Part shown: one piece after another, positions 19,676-28,441 of the stretch
How positions within the stretch are numbered: the stretch's first letter is position 1
How the letters are laid out: each line of letters starts with the position of its first letter
Made by a program: the position numbers and the translations under genes
Assembly (NCBI GenBank): GCA_963813155.1
Contig: CAWEYG010000003.1
Location: 800,001 to 864,000, forward strand
DNA: 64,000 nt
Reading direction: 5' to 3'
From: an uncultured Acidobacteriota bacterium
GTDB taxonomy: Bacteria > Acidobacteriota > Thermoanaerobaculia > UBA5066 > DATFVB01
The notes under the pieces: generated by a model
The model's input: only the letters and a program-made list of their open reading frames with translations
The model's database searches: none
What the model was told of the DNA's origin: nothing

Positions 19676-19700
19676 TCGCGCATTGGGGCGACGCGAAGCG

Positions 19701-21335
19701 TTATTCGGCGCCTCCCCCGCCGAGATAACCGAGCGCGCGCATCTTTTTCGAAATCTCCGACATCTCCGCCGGCGATAGCTGGACGATCGACGCGACTCGA
19801 ACCTCGAAGGGACCGATCCGGCCCCGGAAGCCCACGGTGATCGGAAGCAGCGGTCCTCGAGGGGAGACCGTCAGGTGAGCCGTGAGGCCAGGCACTCCAT
19901 CCAGCGTATCGAACTGCGCCTCGAAATCCTGGTCCTCACCGACCGTAACCGCGATGGGAAGCCGGCCCGGTTGTCTCGGGTCGATGGGATACCGCTCGCG
20001 GTCGAGAAGCGTGAGGTAGGCGGGCTCGCCGTCGGGCAAGTCGATGAATCCCCGAATCGTCCCTGCGCCCCTGTCCTTCTTCCAGATCCTGATCCCCCCG
20101 TAAGACGCGATTTCCCTTCGGCGGTACTGCTCGAGCCTCCTCGTGAGCTCGGAGTCGTTCAGGACGGGGTTCTCCTCGCCAGGATCTCGCGCGAGGTCGA
20201 ACTGCACCCGAAACGGAGGCGTCACCGACGCGATCATTTTCATCGAGCCTCTCCGCATCCCGTACTGCCGGTGAAAGTCGAGCTCTTCCGAGAAATAGAT
20301 CTCGCGCCGCGGATTGGGCTTCGTTCCGTCGATCGCGGTCCCTCGCCAGCTCCGATCCGACGGCAGGTCGGACCAGTGCGCGAGAGAAGGCAGAAGATCG
20401 AGCACGCTCACGGGCAGTTTTTCGACTTCTCCGGGCCTCCCCCAGCCCGGCCCCTTCACGATCAGAGGGATGTGAACCAGCTCTTCGAACAACGACTGGC
20501 CGTGGTAGAGAGACCCGTGCTCGTAAAACTCTTCGCCATGGTCCGCGAGATAAACGACGAGCGCCTTCTTCCAGAAGTGCTTCTTTTCCAGAGCGGCTCG
20601 CAGCCGTGCAAACTGGTCGTCGGCCTGCCGAACGAGGGCGTCGTATTTCGCCAGGCGCCAGTCCCGGCTGTCGAGATCCATCGGCGCCCGGGAAAAAAGA
20701 TTCTCGTAGCCGCCGATCCAGTGCCGGTAGGGATTCGGATTCACCGAGATCATGCCGTTGTGGGGGTCAACGACGTGAACGAACAGGAAAAACCTCGGAT
20801 CCCGGCGCGACTCGATCCACCGGATGGCCGGCTCGACGATGCTGTCGGCGGTCGCGACCCCTCCGTCCACCGCGTCCCCCCGAGCCGGTATCGAGACGAA
20901 CGTCGTGAAGCCGCGCCGGAAACCCAGCTCTTCGGCGTAGATGTTCGGCTGCCCGCAGAACGCGGCGGTCGCCCAGCCGTTGGCGAGGAACATCGCCGGC
21001 ATCACGGGGATCCTGTCGGTGAGAGCGCCCCACCGTCCGACCGCCCCCACCTCCGCAGGCCAGCGGGACGTGAAGAGAGACGCGACCGCGGGGCGTGTCC
21101 AGGAAGCGACGGAATAGGCGGCGTCATACCGAACTCCCTCCCGGGCAAGGCGCTCGGCGGCCGGAGTTGTCGGCCGTTTCGCTCCATACGCGCTCATACG
21201 GTCGTACCGAAGCGTGTCAACGAGATAGATCACGACGGGCCCCTGGCCAGTCCCCGGGCCGAGCAGCGCCGAACCCGCGATCCAGAACGCGGCCACGAGA
21301 AGAACGAGAACCGTGGCCGAGACGAGCTTCCTCAA
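19701..21335 (-). CDS. Sulfatase-like (alkaline phosphatase superfamily) hydrolase/transferase with an N-terminal anchor
   Basis: LVDTLRYD, SWTRPAVASLFT, HVVDPH, ADHGEEF..HG, ELVHIPLI, C-terminal MRALGYL. Start placed at TTG 21335. Confidence 0.85.
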   Translation of the reverse strand: MRKLVSATVLVLLVAAFWIAGSALLGPGTGQGPVVIYLVDTLRYDRMSAYGAKRPTTPAAERLAREGVRYDAAYSVASWTRPAVASLFTSRWPAEVGAVGRWGALTDRIPVMPAMFLANGWATAAFCGQPNIYAEELGFRRGFTTFVSIPARGDAVDGGVATADSIVEPAIRWIESRRDPRFFLFVHVVDPHNGMISVNPNPYRHWIGGYENLFSRAPMDLDSRDWRLAKYDALVRQADDQFARLRAALEKKHFWKKALVVYLADHGEEFYEHGSLYHGQSLFEELVHIPLIVKGPGWGRPGEVEKLPVSVLDLLPSLAHWSDLPSDRSWRGTAIDGTKPNPRREIYFSEELDFHRQYGMRRGSMKMIASVTPPFRVQFDLARDPGEENPVLNDSELTRRLEQYRRREIASYGGIRIWKKDRGAGTIRGFIDLPDGEPAYLTLLDRERYPIDPRQPGRLPIAVTVGEDQDFEAQFDTLDGVPGLTAHLTVSPRGPLLPITVGFRGRIGPFEVRVASIVQLSPAEMSEISKKMRALGYLGGGGAE

Positions 21336-21379
21336 GGGAGCGATTCTTTCAGAGTGCGGGCGTCTGGTAAACTCCCGCG

Positions 21380-21886
21380 ATGCATTTTCGAGGCGCACGC
21401 GGCTCCCTGGCAATTCTTTCTCTCGCGTTGCTCGCGCTGGCGACCGCCTGCGAACACGATACCGAGCAGGGCGCGGAGCCGGCTCCCCTCCCGGACTCGG
21501 CGTTCAAGGTCGAATGGGGCGCGGCGACGATTCCGCCTTCCCTGAAACCCGGGGAAAAGGTCGTCGTTTCGGTCACGTTCAAAAACGCCAGCACGCAGAC
21601 CTGGCCGGACTCGAAGACGGCTGGCGGCAAACCGCCGGGCTCGGGCGCCGTGCGCCTTTCGTACCGCTGGTGGCCGCCGAGCTCGCCTCTGGCGACTCCG
21701 TACACGGTTCGCGCCGATCTGACGACCCCCCTCAAACCGGGGGCTTCCGCCACGCTTCCCATCGCGGTGATCGCACCGAACGCGCCCGGGGATTACCGGC
21801 TCCAGTTCGATCTCGTGGACGAGCTTGTCGCGTGGTTCGAGGAAAAAGGCGCGTCCAAGCTGATCGAGCCCGTCGCCGTTCGCTGA
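21380..21886 (+). CDS. Lipoprotein with an NBR1/FW-like Ig domain, copy 3
   Basis: Lipobox-like ATAC; LPDSAFKVEW...VTFKNAS..TWP...GAVRLSYRW...RADL..PLKPG...PGDYRLQFDLVDELVAWF. Confidence 0.8.
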   Translation: MHFRGARGSLAILSLALLALATACEHDTEQGAEPAPLPDSAFKVEWGAATIPPSLKPGEKVVVSVTFKNASTQTWPDSKTAGGKPPGSGAVRLSYRWWPPSSPLATPYTVRADLTTPLKPGASATLPIAVIAPNAPGDYRLQFDLVDELVAWFEEKGASKLIEPVAVR

Positions 21887-24282
21887 AGAGCTCTCCTGCG
21901 CCGCTCGAAAATCGCCAGGAGCATCCAGATCGACGCCGCGAGGCCCGACAACGCCGTTCCGAGCCTCAGCCCCGGCGGCCGGTAGAAGAACCGAACGTCC
22001 GCCTTCCCCGAGGGGACTTCGACTCCGCGAAAGGCATAGTTGACGGGGAGAATCCGCGCCGGCCTGCCATTGACGGTCGCGAACCAGCCCGGAAAGTCGT
22101 TCTCGGAGCAGGCGACAAGGCCCGGCCGCGGCGAATCGAGCGTCAGGGCATAGCCGTTGCGGTGGAAATCGCGGATTCCGACGGCCGGATCCGCTGACGA
22201 ATTCGGCAGCCTCGGAAAAGACGGCGGCGACTCGACGATCACCTGCCGCAGCGGAGCACCGGGCGTCGCGAGGTCCCGAAGCGCCGCCGCCGGCCGGTCG
22301 ACCCGAAAGTCGGACGAAAAGAAATACCTCGGCAGGGAGACTCGTCGAAAAATCGCGTTCAGCCCGTCGTCGAAGATTTTTTCGTAGCGGCGCGCCTCGC
22401 ACTGTTCGATGAGCCCCGGCACTCCTTCGCGAACGACGACGTATCCGATGCTCGCGCTGTCGAGCACCGGCTCCGGCGGAATCGTGCTCGCCGACCGAAG
22501 AAACGTCGCGTCCCGGCCGCCGGCATAGCGGCGGTAGAGCTCGAAGATTCGGGGCGGATTGAAGGTCATCAACGAATCGAGGGAGAAGATTCCAAACGCC
22601 GAGTTCGTGTCCGCAGGCAACGTGGCGATCGTGAGGCATCGAGTCATGCCCGCGTCGCGGGCGAGCCGCGCCACGTACGGTGGCGGGTGCCGCCAGACAT
22701 CCCGCCGATTCTGTCTCGGATACTTTGCGTTCCTCACGCCTTCTCCGGCCACCAGAAGGGCGAGAATCGACGCGGCGGAAAAGCGGAGCCAGGCCTTCCT
22801 CCGCGCGACGACCGCCACGGCGGCGAGGAATGACGCCAGCAGAGCGCCCAGGAGCAGCACTCTCCACTTGTGCTCCCACTGGTGCAGGGCCAGGGGATCC
22901 GTGCCGAGGGGTCCGGCAACGTTTTCCTTCAGCGCGAGCACCGCGACGGGGAGAGCGAGCGCCCCGAGCCAGCCCTTGAGCGGGCCAACCTCGTTCCGAA
23001 CGAGCGAATCGATTCCGAGGCCCGCCAGAATCGCGATCAGGAAATCGAGGGTGATACCGAAATAGGCGGCATAGTGGAAAGTCCTGAGACCCGGGACTTC
23101 GGCGATCCACTGCACGGGCGCCACTCCGAAAAGCTTGAGCATGACCACGATCGACCCGACACACGCAAAAACGCCGAGAGCACGGCGCGGGCCGTCCCTG
23201 GGCGACGCCAGAAGGGCGAGCAGGACCGCGGCGGCCCCGAGGTACGGGATCTGATAACCATGCGGGCGTCCGACCGCGTGGACGAGAAAAATCTTCCAGC
23301 CGTCCATCAGCGCCGGCGAGAGCAGCTCATAGAGGCACCGGAGCGGGATCGAATCCTTCGCCGCGCCGGCATAGGCGGCCGTCGCCTGAGGGGTGCTGCG
23401 GAGGAGCGTGAAAGCGGGCACGTAGTACCAGGCGACCAGCCCCATGCCGAGGACGCAGGCGCAGGCCCAGCGAAACGCCGCCCGCCCGCGCGCACGCGCC
23501 CGGTTCGCCGCCGGCCACCAGAGAATCCGAGCGATCGCGTAAATGCCGGCGATCGCCAGCGCCTGAGCCAGAAAAGGAGGAGCACTCGCGAGCGAGATCC
23601 CTGCATAGAGAACCGAAAGGCCGCAAACGCGCCGCCACGTCGGATCTTCGAGAAACCAGATCGTGACAAAGAGCGCCAACGGAATACAGGCGATCGTCTG
23701 GCCGATGAACGAGCCGATGTTCTGGCTGATCGCCCCGCAGAACATGAAGGCCGCGCCGCCCGCGAAGCTCCCGGCCGCCGACAACTCGTGCTTTCGGAGA
23801 ACGAGGTAGGTGAAGAGCCCGGCCGTGAAGGCGATTCCGAGAAAATAGAGGTTCTTGAGCAGCGCCGTATTTCCCAGCAGGACGACGAGCAGGGAGGGCG
23901 GAAAGAAATACGCGGCCGTCTGGTTTGCCATCGAAGGAACGCCCCCGCCGATATAAGGGTCCCAGAACGGCATCTCTCCATCCGCGAGCGCGGCGCGCAA
24001 GAACGGCCCGGTGGGCTCCCACTGCCAGAGCCCGGAGCCCGCGTCGTGAAAATTCGCCGTGAGCAAAAGATTTCGCTCGGCCCAGACTTTCTCCGGAACG
24101 AACTCTTCACCGTAGTTCTCGACGGTGAAGCGCGCGTCGAACGGGTTGGCGTTGTCCGAGTAGACGAGCGACTTCCCTTGGAAGATGACGTTTCCATAGG
24201 CCAGGCAGAGAAGAGCGGCGTAGACGGCGCTCGCGAGCGCGATTTCGCGGAGGAGGGGATTCCTTCTCGTCTCAGATACCAT
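21793..24282 (-). CDS. YfhO-family membrane protein (GT-C-like), copy 2
   Basis: Collinear paralog of 13797..16208 (GKSLVY.DN.NP, MPFWDPYIGGG, VWRHP.PYV, DSLMTFNP, FPGWFATVNG). Confidence 0.85.
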   Translation of the reverse strand: MVSETRRNPLLREIALASAVYAALLCLAYGNVIFQGKSLVYSDNANPFDARFTVENYGEEFVPEKVWAERNLLLTANFHDAGSGLWQWEPTGPFLRAALADGEMPFWDPYIGGGVPSMANQTAAYFFPPSLLVVLLGNTALLKNLYFLGIAFTAGLFTYLVLRKHELSAAGSFAGGAAFMFCGAISQNIGSFIGQTIACIPLALFVTIWFLEDPTWRRVCGLSVLYAGISLASAPPFLAQALAIAGIYAIARILWWPAANRARARGRAAFRWACACVLGMGLVAWYYVPAFTLLRSTPQATAAYAGAAKDSIPLRCLYELLSPALMDGWKIFLVHAVGRPHGYQIPYLGAAAVLLALLASPRDGPRRALGVFACVGSIVVMLKLFGVAPVQWIAEVPGLRTFHYAAYFGITLDFLIAILAGLGIDSLVRNEVGPLKGWLGALALPVAVLALKENVAGPLGTDPLALHQWEHKWRVLLLGALLASFLAAVAVVARRKAWLRFSAASILALLVAGEGVRNAKYPRQNRRDVWRHPPPYVARLARDAGMTRCLTIATLPADTNSAFGIFSLDSLMTFNPPRIFELYRRYAGGRDATFLRSASTIPPEPVLDSASIGYVVVREGVPGLIEQCEARRYEKIFDDGLNAIFRRVSLPRYFFSSDFRVDRPAAALRDLATPGAPLRQVIVESPPSFPRLPNSSADPAVGIRDFHRNGYALTLDSPRPGLVACSENDFPGWFATVNGRPARILPVNYAFRGVEVPSGKADVRFFYRPPGLRLGTALSGLAASIWMLLAIFERRRRALQRTATGSISLDAPFSSNHATSSSTRSNWSR

Positions 24283-24326
24283 CGAGTGCTGGAATCACAG
24301 GTTTTCGGCGCTCCGTTCGCATTGTC

Positions 24327-25157
24327 TTATGGCTTCGTCGCGACCATCCGAAGAATGTCGTAGAGGTTGAGATAGACGGGAGGATCGAGCAGGCCACCCG
24401 CAACGACGCGGCGACAGACACTCGCGGCCTTCGTTCCGCCGAGCGGGGACATGCCGTAAAGCATCGATCGCAGGCTGCGCCAATAGCCGACGGACGACAC
24501 CGACCGCACCTCAAGTCCCGCCTGCTCAACTGCCCGGGACAGCGTTTTCCTGGAGAAATAGAAGAGGTGCGTCGGAGGATGGATCTGTCGCCAACGAGAC
24601 TTTCGCCAGCGGGCAACGAGGCTTCCAATGTCGCCCGTCGTGATTACGAGTGAGCCTCCGGGCTTGAGCCACCTCGACGCCTTTTCGATCGTTCGCGCGG
24701 GCCGCGGAAGGTGCTCGATCGTATCCCAGAGGCAAATGAGGTCGAAAGACTCGGGTTGCTCCGAAGCATCCAGAAAATCGCCCAGGACGACGGGGAGGCC
24801 GAGGACCTCGCGCGAATGCTGCACGCCCTCCTGTGAAACATCGATTCCGAGCACGCTCCAGTGAGAGCGCGCGAGGTCCAGGAAGAACCCGTACGCGGAT
24901 CCGATTTCGAGCAGCCGGCCGGCTGGCGCAACTTCCCGCAGGCGGGCGATCTGAGCGCGAAAGTTGCGCTGAAGGATTTTCCGGTCCGCGTTGTAGTCGA
25001 GATACTCGCCTCCCGAGAAGTATTCCTTGCCGTAGAGGCCGTCTTCCGGGATCGGGCCCGCATAGAAGACGAGGTCACACCTGGGACACTTCACGATTCC
25101 AAAACGGGGATAGAGCGAGACCATTTCTTCCGAGTGTCCGCAGAGCTCGCACGTCAA
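24327..25157 (-). CDS. SAM-dependent methyltransferase with an N-terminal CxxC...CxxC site
   Basis: CELCG...CPRCDL; LLEIGSAYG; FDLICLWDTIEHLP; PPTHLFYFS. The TTG start overlaps the upstream stop (TTGA). Confidence 0.85.
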   Translation of the reverse strand: MTCELCGHSEEMVSLYPRFGIVKCPRCDLVFYAGPIPEDGLYGKEYFSGGEYLDYNADRKILQRNFRAQIARLREVAPAGRLLEIGSAYGFFLDLARSHWSVLGIDVSQEGVQHSREVLGLPVVLGDFLDASEQPESFDLICLWDTIEHLPRPARTIEKASRWLKPGGSLVITTGDIGSLVARWRKSRWRQIHPPTHLFYFSRKTLSRAVEQAGLEVRSVSSVGYWRSLRSMLYGMSPLGGTKAASVCRRVVAGGLLDPPVYLNLYDILRMVATKP

Positions 25158-26209
25158 GGCCCGGCCTCGGCGTGGCGACCCGTCAGCTGATCTGACGAGT
25201 CGGCGAACCCCAACCGCCGCGAGATGAGATACAGAGGCCGTTGCTTGGCTTCCTCGTAGATTCGGCCGACGTAGACGCCAATGATGCCTGTCAGACCCAG
25301 CTGCGCCCCTCCGATGAGCATCACGATAACGATCAAGGATGTCCAACCAGGGACCACATCCCCGACGACGAGACGCGAGTAGAGGATATAGAGGAGATAG
25401 CCGAAGCCGGCCAGCACCAGCGCCAGACCGAGGTAGATCGCTACATAGAGTGGCGTCGCCGAGAAGGAAACCAGCCCGTCCATCGCAAGACGGAGCATCT
25501 TTCGCGCGCCGTACTTGGATTCTCCCGAGCGGCGCGACGGAGCCTCGTAAATGACTGCCGTTGAGCGAAATCCGACCCAGCTGGCGAGCCCTCGCAAGAA
25601 ACGGGTCCGTTCGCGGATCCTTCCAAATGCTTCGACGACTTTGCGGTCGAGCAGCCGAAAGTCCGCCGCGTTGCTGGAAAGGTCGAGGCCCGAGAGTGCG
25701 CGGAAAAGGCGGTAGAAGAACGATGAGAACAGGCGTTTCAGCGGCCCCGCGTCCTCCATCTCCTCGCGGATCGTGTAGACAACCTCGAACCCCTCGTTCC
25801 AACGCCGGACAAGCTCCCGAATGACCCTGGGGGGGTGCTGCAGGTCGGCATCCATCATGATGACCGCGTCGCCCGTCGCGCAATCCATCCCCGCAGTAAG
25901 AGCGTTCTGGTGGCCGAAGTTTCGGGAGAGGGAAATCAGCTTCACCCGAGGATCCTGCCGGTGAAGCATCTCGACCGCCGAAGCAGACCCGTCGGTGCTC
26001 CCATCATCGACGAACAGGATCTCGAAATCGGCGGCAAGGGGCGAGACTTCTTCCACGAGCAGCCCATAAAGAATGGGAACGTTTTCCTCCTCGTTGAAGA
26101 CCGGAACGACGAGCGAGAGCGTGCGGCTCTGGCTCACGGCACTGCGGGTTGTGTGTTTTTTGTCATCGTGCACGAGCTCGATCGGATGGATTGTAGCAGG
26201 CCTCTCCAT
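25154..26209 (-). CDS. GT2, GtrB/YkoT/ArnC-type undecaprenyl-phosphate glycosyltransferase
   Basis: VVPVFNEE, VDDGSTD, LSRNFGHQNALTAG, MDADLQHPP, DFRLLDR, RFLRGL, two C-terminal TMs, GRIYEEAKQRP. Confidence 0.9.
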   Translation of the reverse strand: MERPATIHPIELVHDDKKHTTRSAVSQSRTLSLVVPVFNEEENVPILYGLLVEEVSPLAADFEILFVDDGSTDGSASAVEMLHRQDPRVKLISLSRNFGHQNALTAGMDCATGDAVIMMDADLQHPPRVIRELVRRWNEGFEVVYTIREEMEDAGPLKRLFSSFFYRLFRALSGLDLSSNAADFRLLDRKVVEAFGRIRERTRFLRGLASWVGFRSTAVIYEAPSRRSGESKYGARKMLRLAMDGLVSFSATPLYVAIYLGLALVLAGFGYLLYILYSRLVVGDVVPGWTSLIVIVMLIGGAQLGLTGIIGVYVGRIYEEAKQRPLYLISRRLGFADSSDQLTGRHAEAGP

Positions 26210-26234
26210 GAACGTCCGGCGCCCGCGCGCTTCT

Positions 26235-27884
26235 TCACGGACCCGACGGTCCGCCGTGGAGAATCCGCGGGGCGCCGAGGGTCACTCCCGAGACTCGGTC
26301 AGGAGACACGGGCAGAAAGCCCGTCGCCTCTCCGTAGAATCGGCGACGCACCGACCGCTCCCCGAAAGGCACAAGGACGAGGGAATAAAGAAGGAGCACG
26401 GCGAGAAGTCCCGTCGAGATCGCCGTCCGAAGAGCGCCACATCGAAGAGCCTTCGGCGCATAGAAGGCTCCAAGCCAGAGCACGGGCAGCAGATACGGGT
26501 ACCAGTGTCTGCCGACGGTATCCATGCCGTCGAGGGTGACGACATAAAGCACCAGATAGAACGCGGTGTATAAAACGAGAGCCGACACAAGAGGATTCGA
26601 GACCGTCAGCGATACTACCCGCCGGCGACGGCCCGCACGGAAGACCCGGCGAAGACGAGCAAAGAGCCGGGCGGCAGAGATCAAGGAAAGGGCAAGGACA
26701 ACCCAGCACCCGATCCTCAAAGCCTGCCAGAAAAACGCGTCGAACCGCGGAGTGCCAACGACGACCGGGGTGTCCATCCAGCCGTAGATTCCCGCCGTCC
26801 CTCCACCGCCCCAGAACGTCTGAAAGCACGTTCCGCCTCCATAGATCTGGTGCAGCGCGGAAGAAACCGCCGCGCCGACATATCGCACCGGCCCGGCGGA
26901 CCTCCAAAGCTGAGCGGTCTGCCGCGGCTCCATGTCCGCCGTGAGATTCGTGAAACCGTTCCAATCGACCCAGAGTTGAACGCCGGCGAGAACAACGCAC
27001 GGGAGAAGCAAACTGCCGAGCCGAAAGCCCCATCGGCGTTCACCCTTCGGCAGAAGCGCAACTTCGACCGCGATCATGACCGCCACGGCGCCGAAGGTGG
27101 CTGCGAAAAAGTGATACTTCGTGACGAGCAGCGCTCCGAGGGCCAGGCCGGTCCAAATCCACGGTAATCGGCGGGTCGAACTGCGAATTTCACGCCGCGC
27201 TACTAACGCGCCCCAGATCGAAGCCAGCGTGAGGGCTGCGCTCAGGTTTTCGGGATGTGCGCTGGACGAAACGGCGATCGTCAGCGGAAAGAATGCGACG
27301 GCTGCGGTCAACATCAACGAGCGACCTTTCGAGACGCGCAGCTCTCGAAGTATCCCGAACACGGCCAAAACCCTGAAGCCGAGCAACAAGACCGAGCTCA
27401 TCCGCGCTGCAAAGAAGAGCGTCACCAGGCGCGAGTCGAACGTGTTGACGAGGCGCAGCCACGCCGCGAGCGCCGCGTACCATCCAAACGGATACTCAGC
27501 CAGGATGTAGGGGTTTCTCGCCGCGGAGGCTCTGAGACCGGAAGCTTCCCGGTTCAGCTTCGCGAAGAACGCGGAAGACCCATATCCGGGAGGAATTCGC
27601 GACGCGGGGTGGAGATGAACGCCATCGAAATTCGTCCGGGTAGACAGGAGCCATAGGTCGGGGTGAGTCACGGGAATCAACGACGCGTCGGGTCTCCTTT
27701 CGACTACGGGCTTCTCCGCGACCTGGAGGAGTCGACCGGAGGCAGCAACACACCACGCATAGTCAAGATGGATGTCTTCATCGGGGACCTCGAGCATCGG
27801 GACGAGGAAAGCCCAGTAAGCCGAAACCGCCATCGCGGCGACGGCGATCAGCCCGAGAAGAATACGCGCCCGCCTTTGACTCAT
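26235..27884 (-). CDS. DUF2142-like polytopic membrane protein (GT-C-like)
   Basis: TM1 then VPDEDIHLDY; YPFGWY; LLVTK; YGWMD; GRHWYP; multiple TMs. Confidence 0.7.
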   Translation of the reverse strand: MSQRRARILLGLIAVAAMAVSAYWAFLVPMLEVPDEDIHLDYAWCVAASGRLLQVAEKPVVERRPDASLIPVTHPDLWLLSTRTNFDGVHLHPASRIPPGYGSSAFFAKLNREASGLRASAARNPYILAEYPFGWYAALAAWLRLVNTFDSRLVTLFFAARMSSVLLLGFRVLAVFGILRELRVSKGRSLMLTAAVAFFPLTIAVSSSAHPENLSAALTLASIWGALVARREIRSSTRRLPWIWTGLALGALLVTKYHFFAATFGAVAVMIAVEVALLPKGERRWGFRLGSLLLPCVVLAGVQLWVDWNGFTNLTADMEPRQTAQLWRSAGPVRYVGAAVSSALHQIYGGGTCFQTFWGGGGTAGIYGWMDTPVVVGTPRFDAFFWQALRIGCWVVLALSLISAARLFARLRRVFRAGRRRRVVSLTVSNPLVSALVLYTAFYLVLYVVTLDGMDTVGRHWYPYLLPVLWLGAFYAPKALRCGALRTAISTGLLAVLLLYSLVLVPFGERSVRRRFYGEATGFLPVSPDRVSGVTLGAPRILHGGPSGP

Positions 27885-28441
27885 GGCCCCGCCACGACAA
27901 TCGGAAGGATCAGCCGGTCAGCGCCTTTCGAGGCGAACCACGCGACGTCCTCCTGAACGAGCTCGAACTCGATCTCATATTTTCCCGCAATCGCCGGAAG
28001 ATCCACCTGGACCGGGAGAATCACGTCCTTGCCGGGCCGGACGGGCCAGGGCAGGTCGGAACGCGCGCGCCGGTCCTGGATGACGCGCCCGTCGCGTGGA
28101 TCGAGACACCTCCAGGCCAGCCGTACGGCATACATACCCGTCGGATGGCTCGGCATCGCAGCCTGGGCGTCGGGCCAGGTCGCCGAGCCGCGGTTTCGCA
28201 ACTTCACCGCGAAGGTTGCCCTGGCGCCGGCCACCAGCTCCGAAACGGGCTCCACGGAAATCCATTGGACGCGGAACGCGTCGTCGGGAAGCGGCGGAGC
28301 GTGCTCCTCCGGGGAAGCTGTACGGCGCGATTTCGAGCAACCCGCCAGCGCAAGACAAAAGGCGACCAGAGTCATCTTTCGTAAGCCGCTCGCCAACGTT
28401 CCCCGCGCGTTGCCCCGCTGATCAGCCTTCCGGGCAGCCAC
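27881..28441 (-). CDS. Lipoprotein with an NBR1/FW-like Ig domain, copy 4
   Basis: Canonical lipobox LAGC; LPDDAFRVQW...LRNRGSATWP...AVRLAWR...RSDLPWPVRPG...EFELVQEDVAWFASKGA. Alternative start at ATG 28375. Confidence 0.8.
   Translation of the reverse strand: MAARKADQRGNARGTLASGLRKMTLVAFCLALAGCSKSRRTASPEEHAPPLPDDAFRVQWISVEPVSELVAGARATFAVKLRNRGSATWPDAQAAMPSHPTGMYAVRLAWRCLDPRDGRVIQDRRARSDLPWPVRPGKDVILPVQVDLPAIAGKYEIEFELVQEDVAWFASKGADRLILPIVVAGP

Noticed and set aside
25829-25835. G7 tract in the GtrB-like gene (and C7 near 40922) as phase-variation sites
   Set aside because: Short, in frame, the first encodes the conserved HPP motif, and neither coincides with a frameshift.
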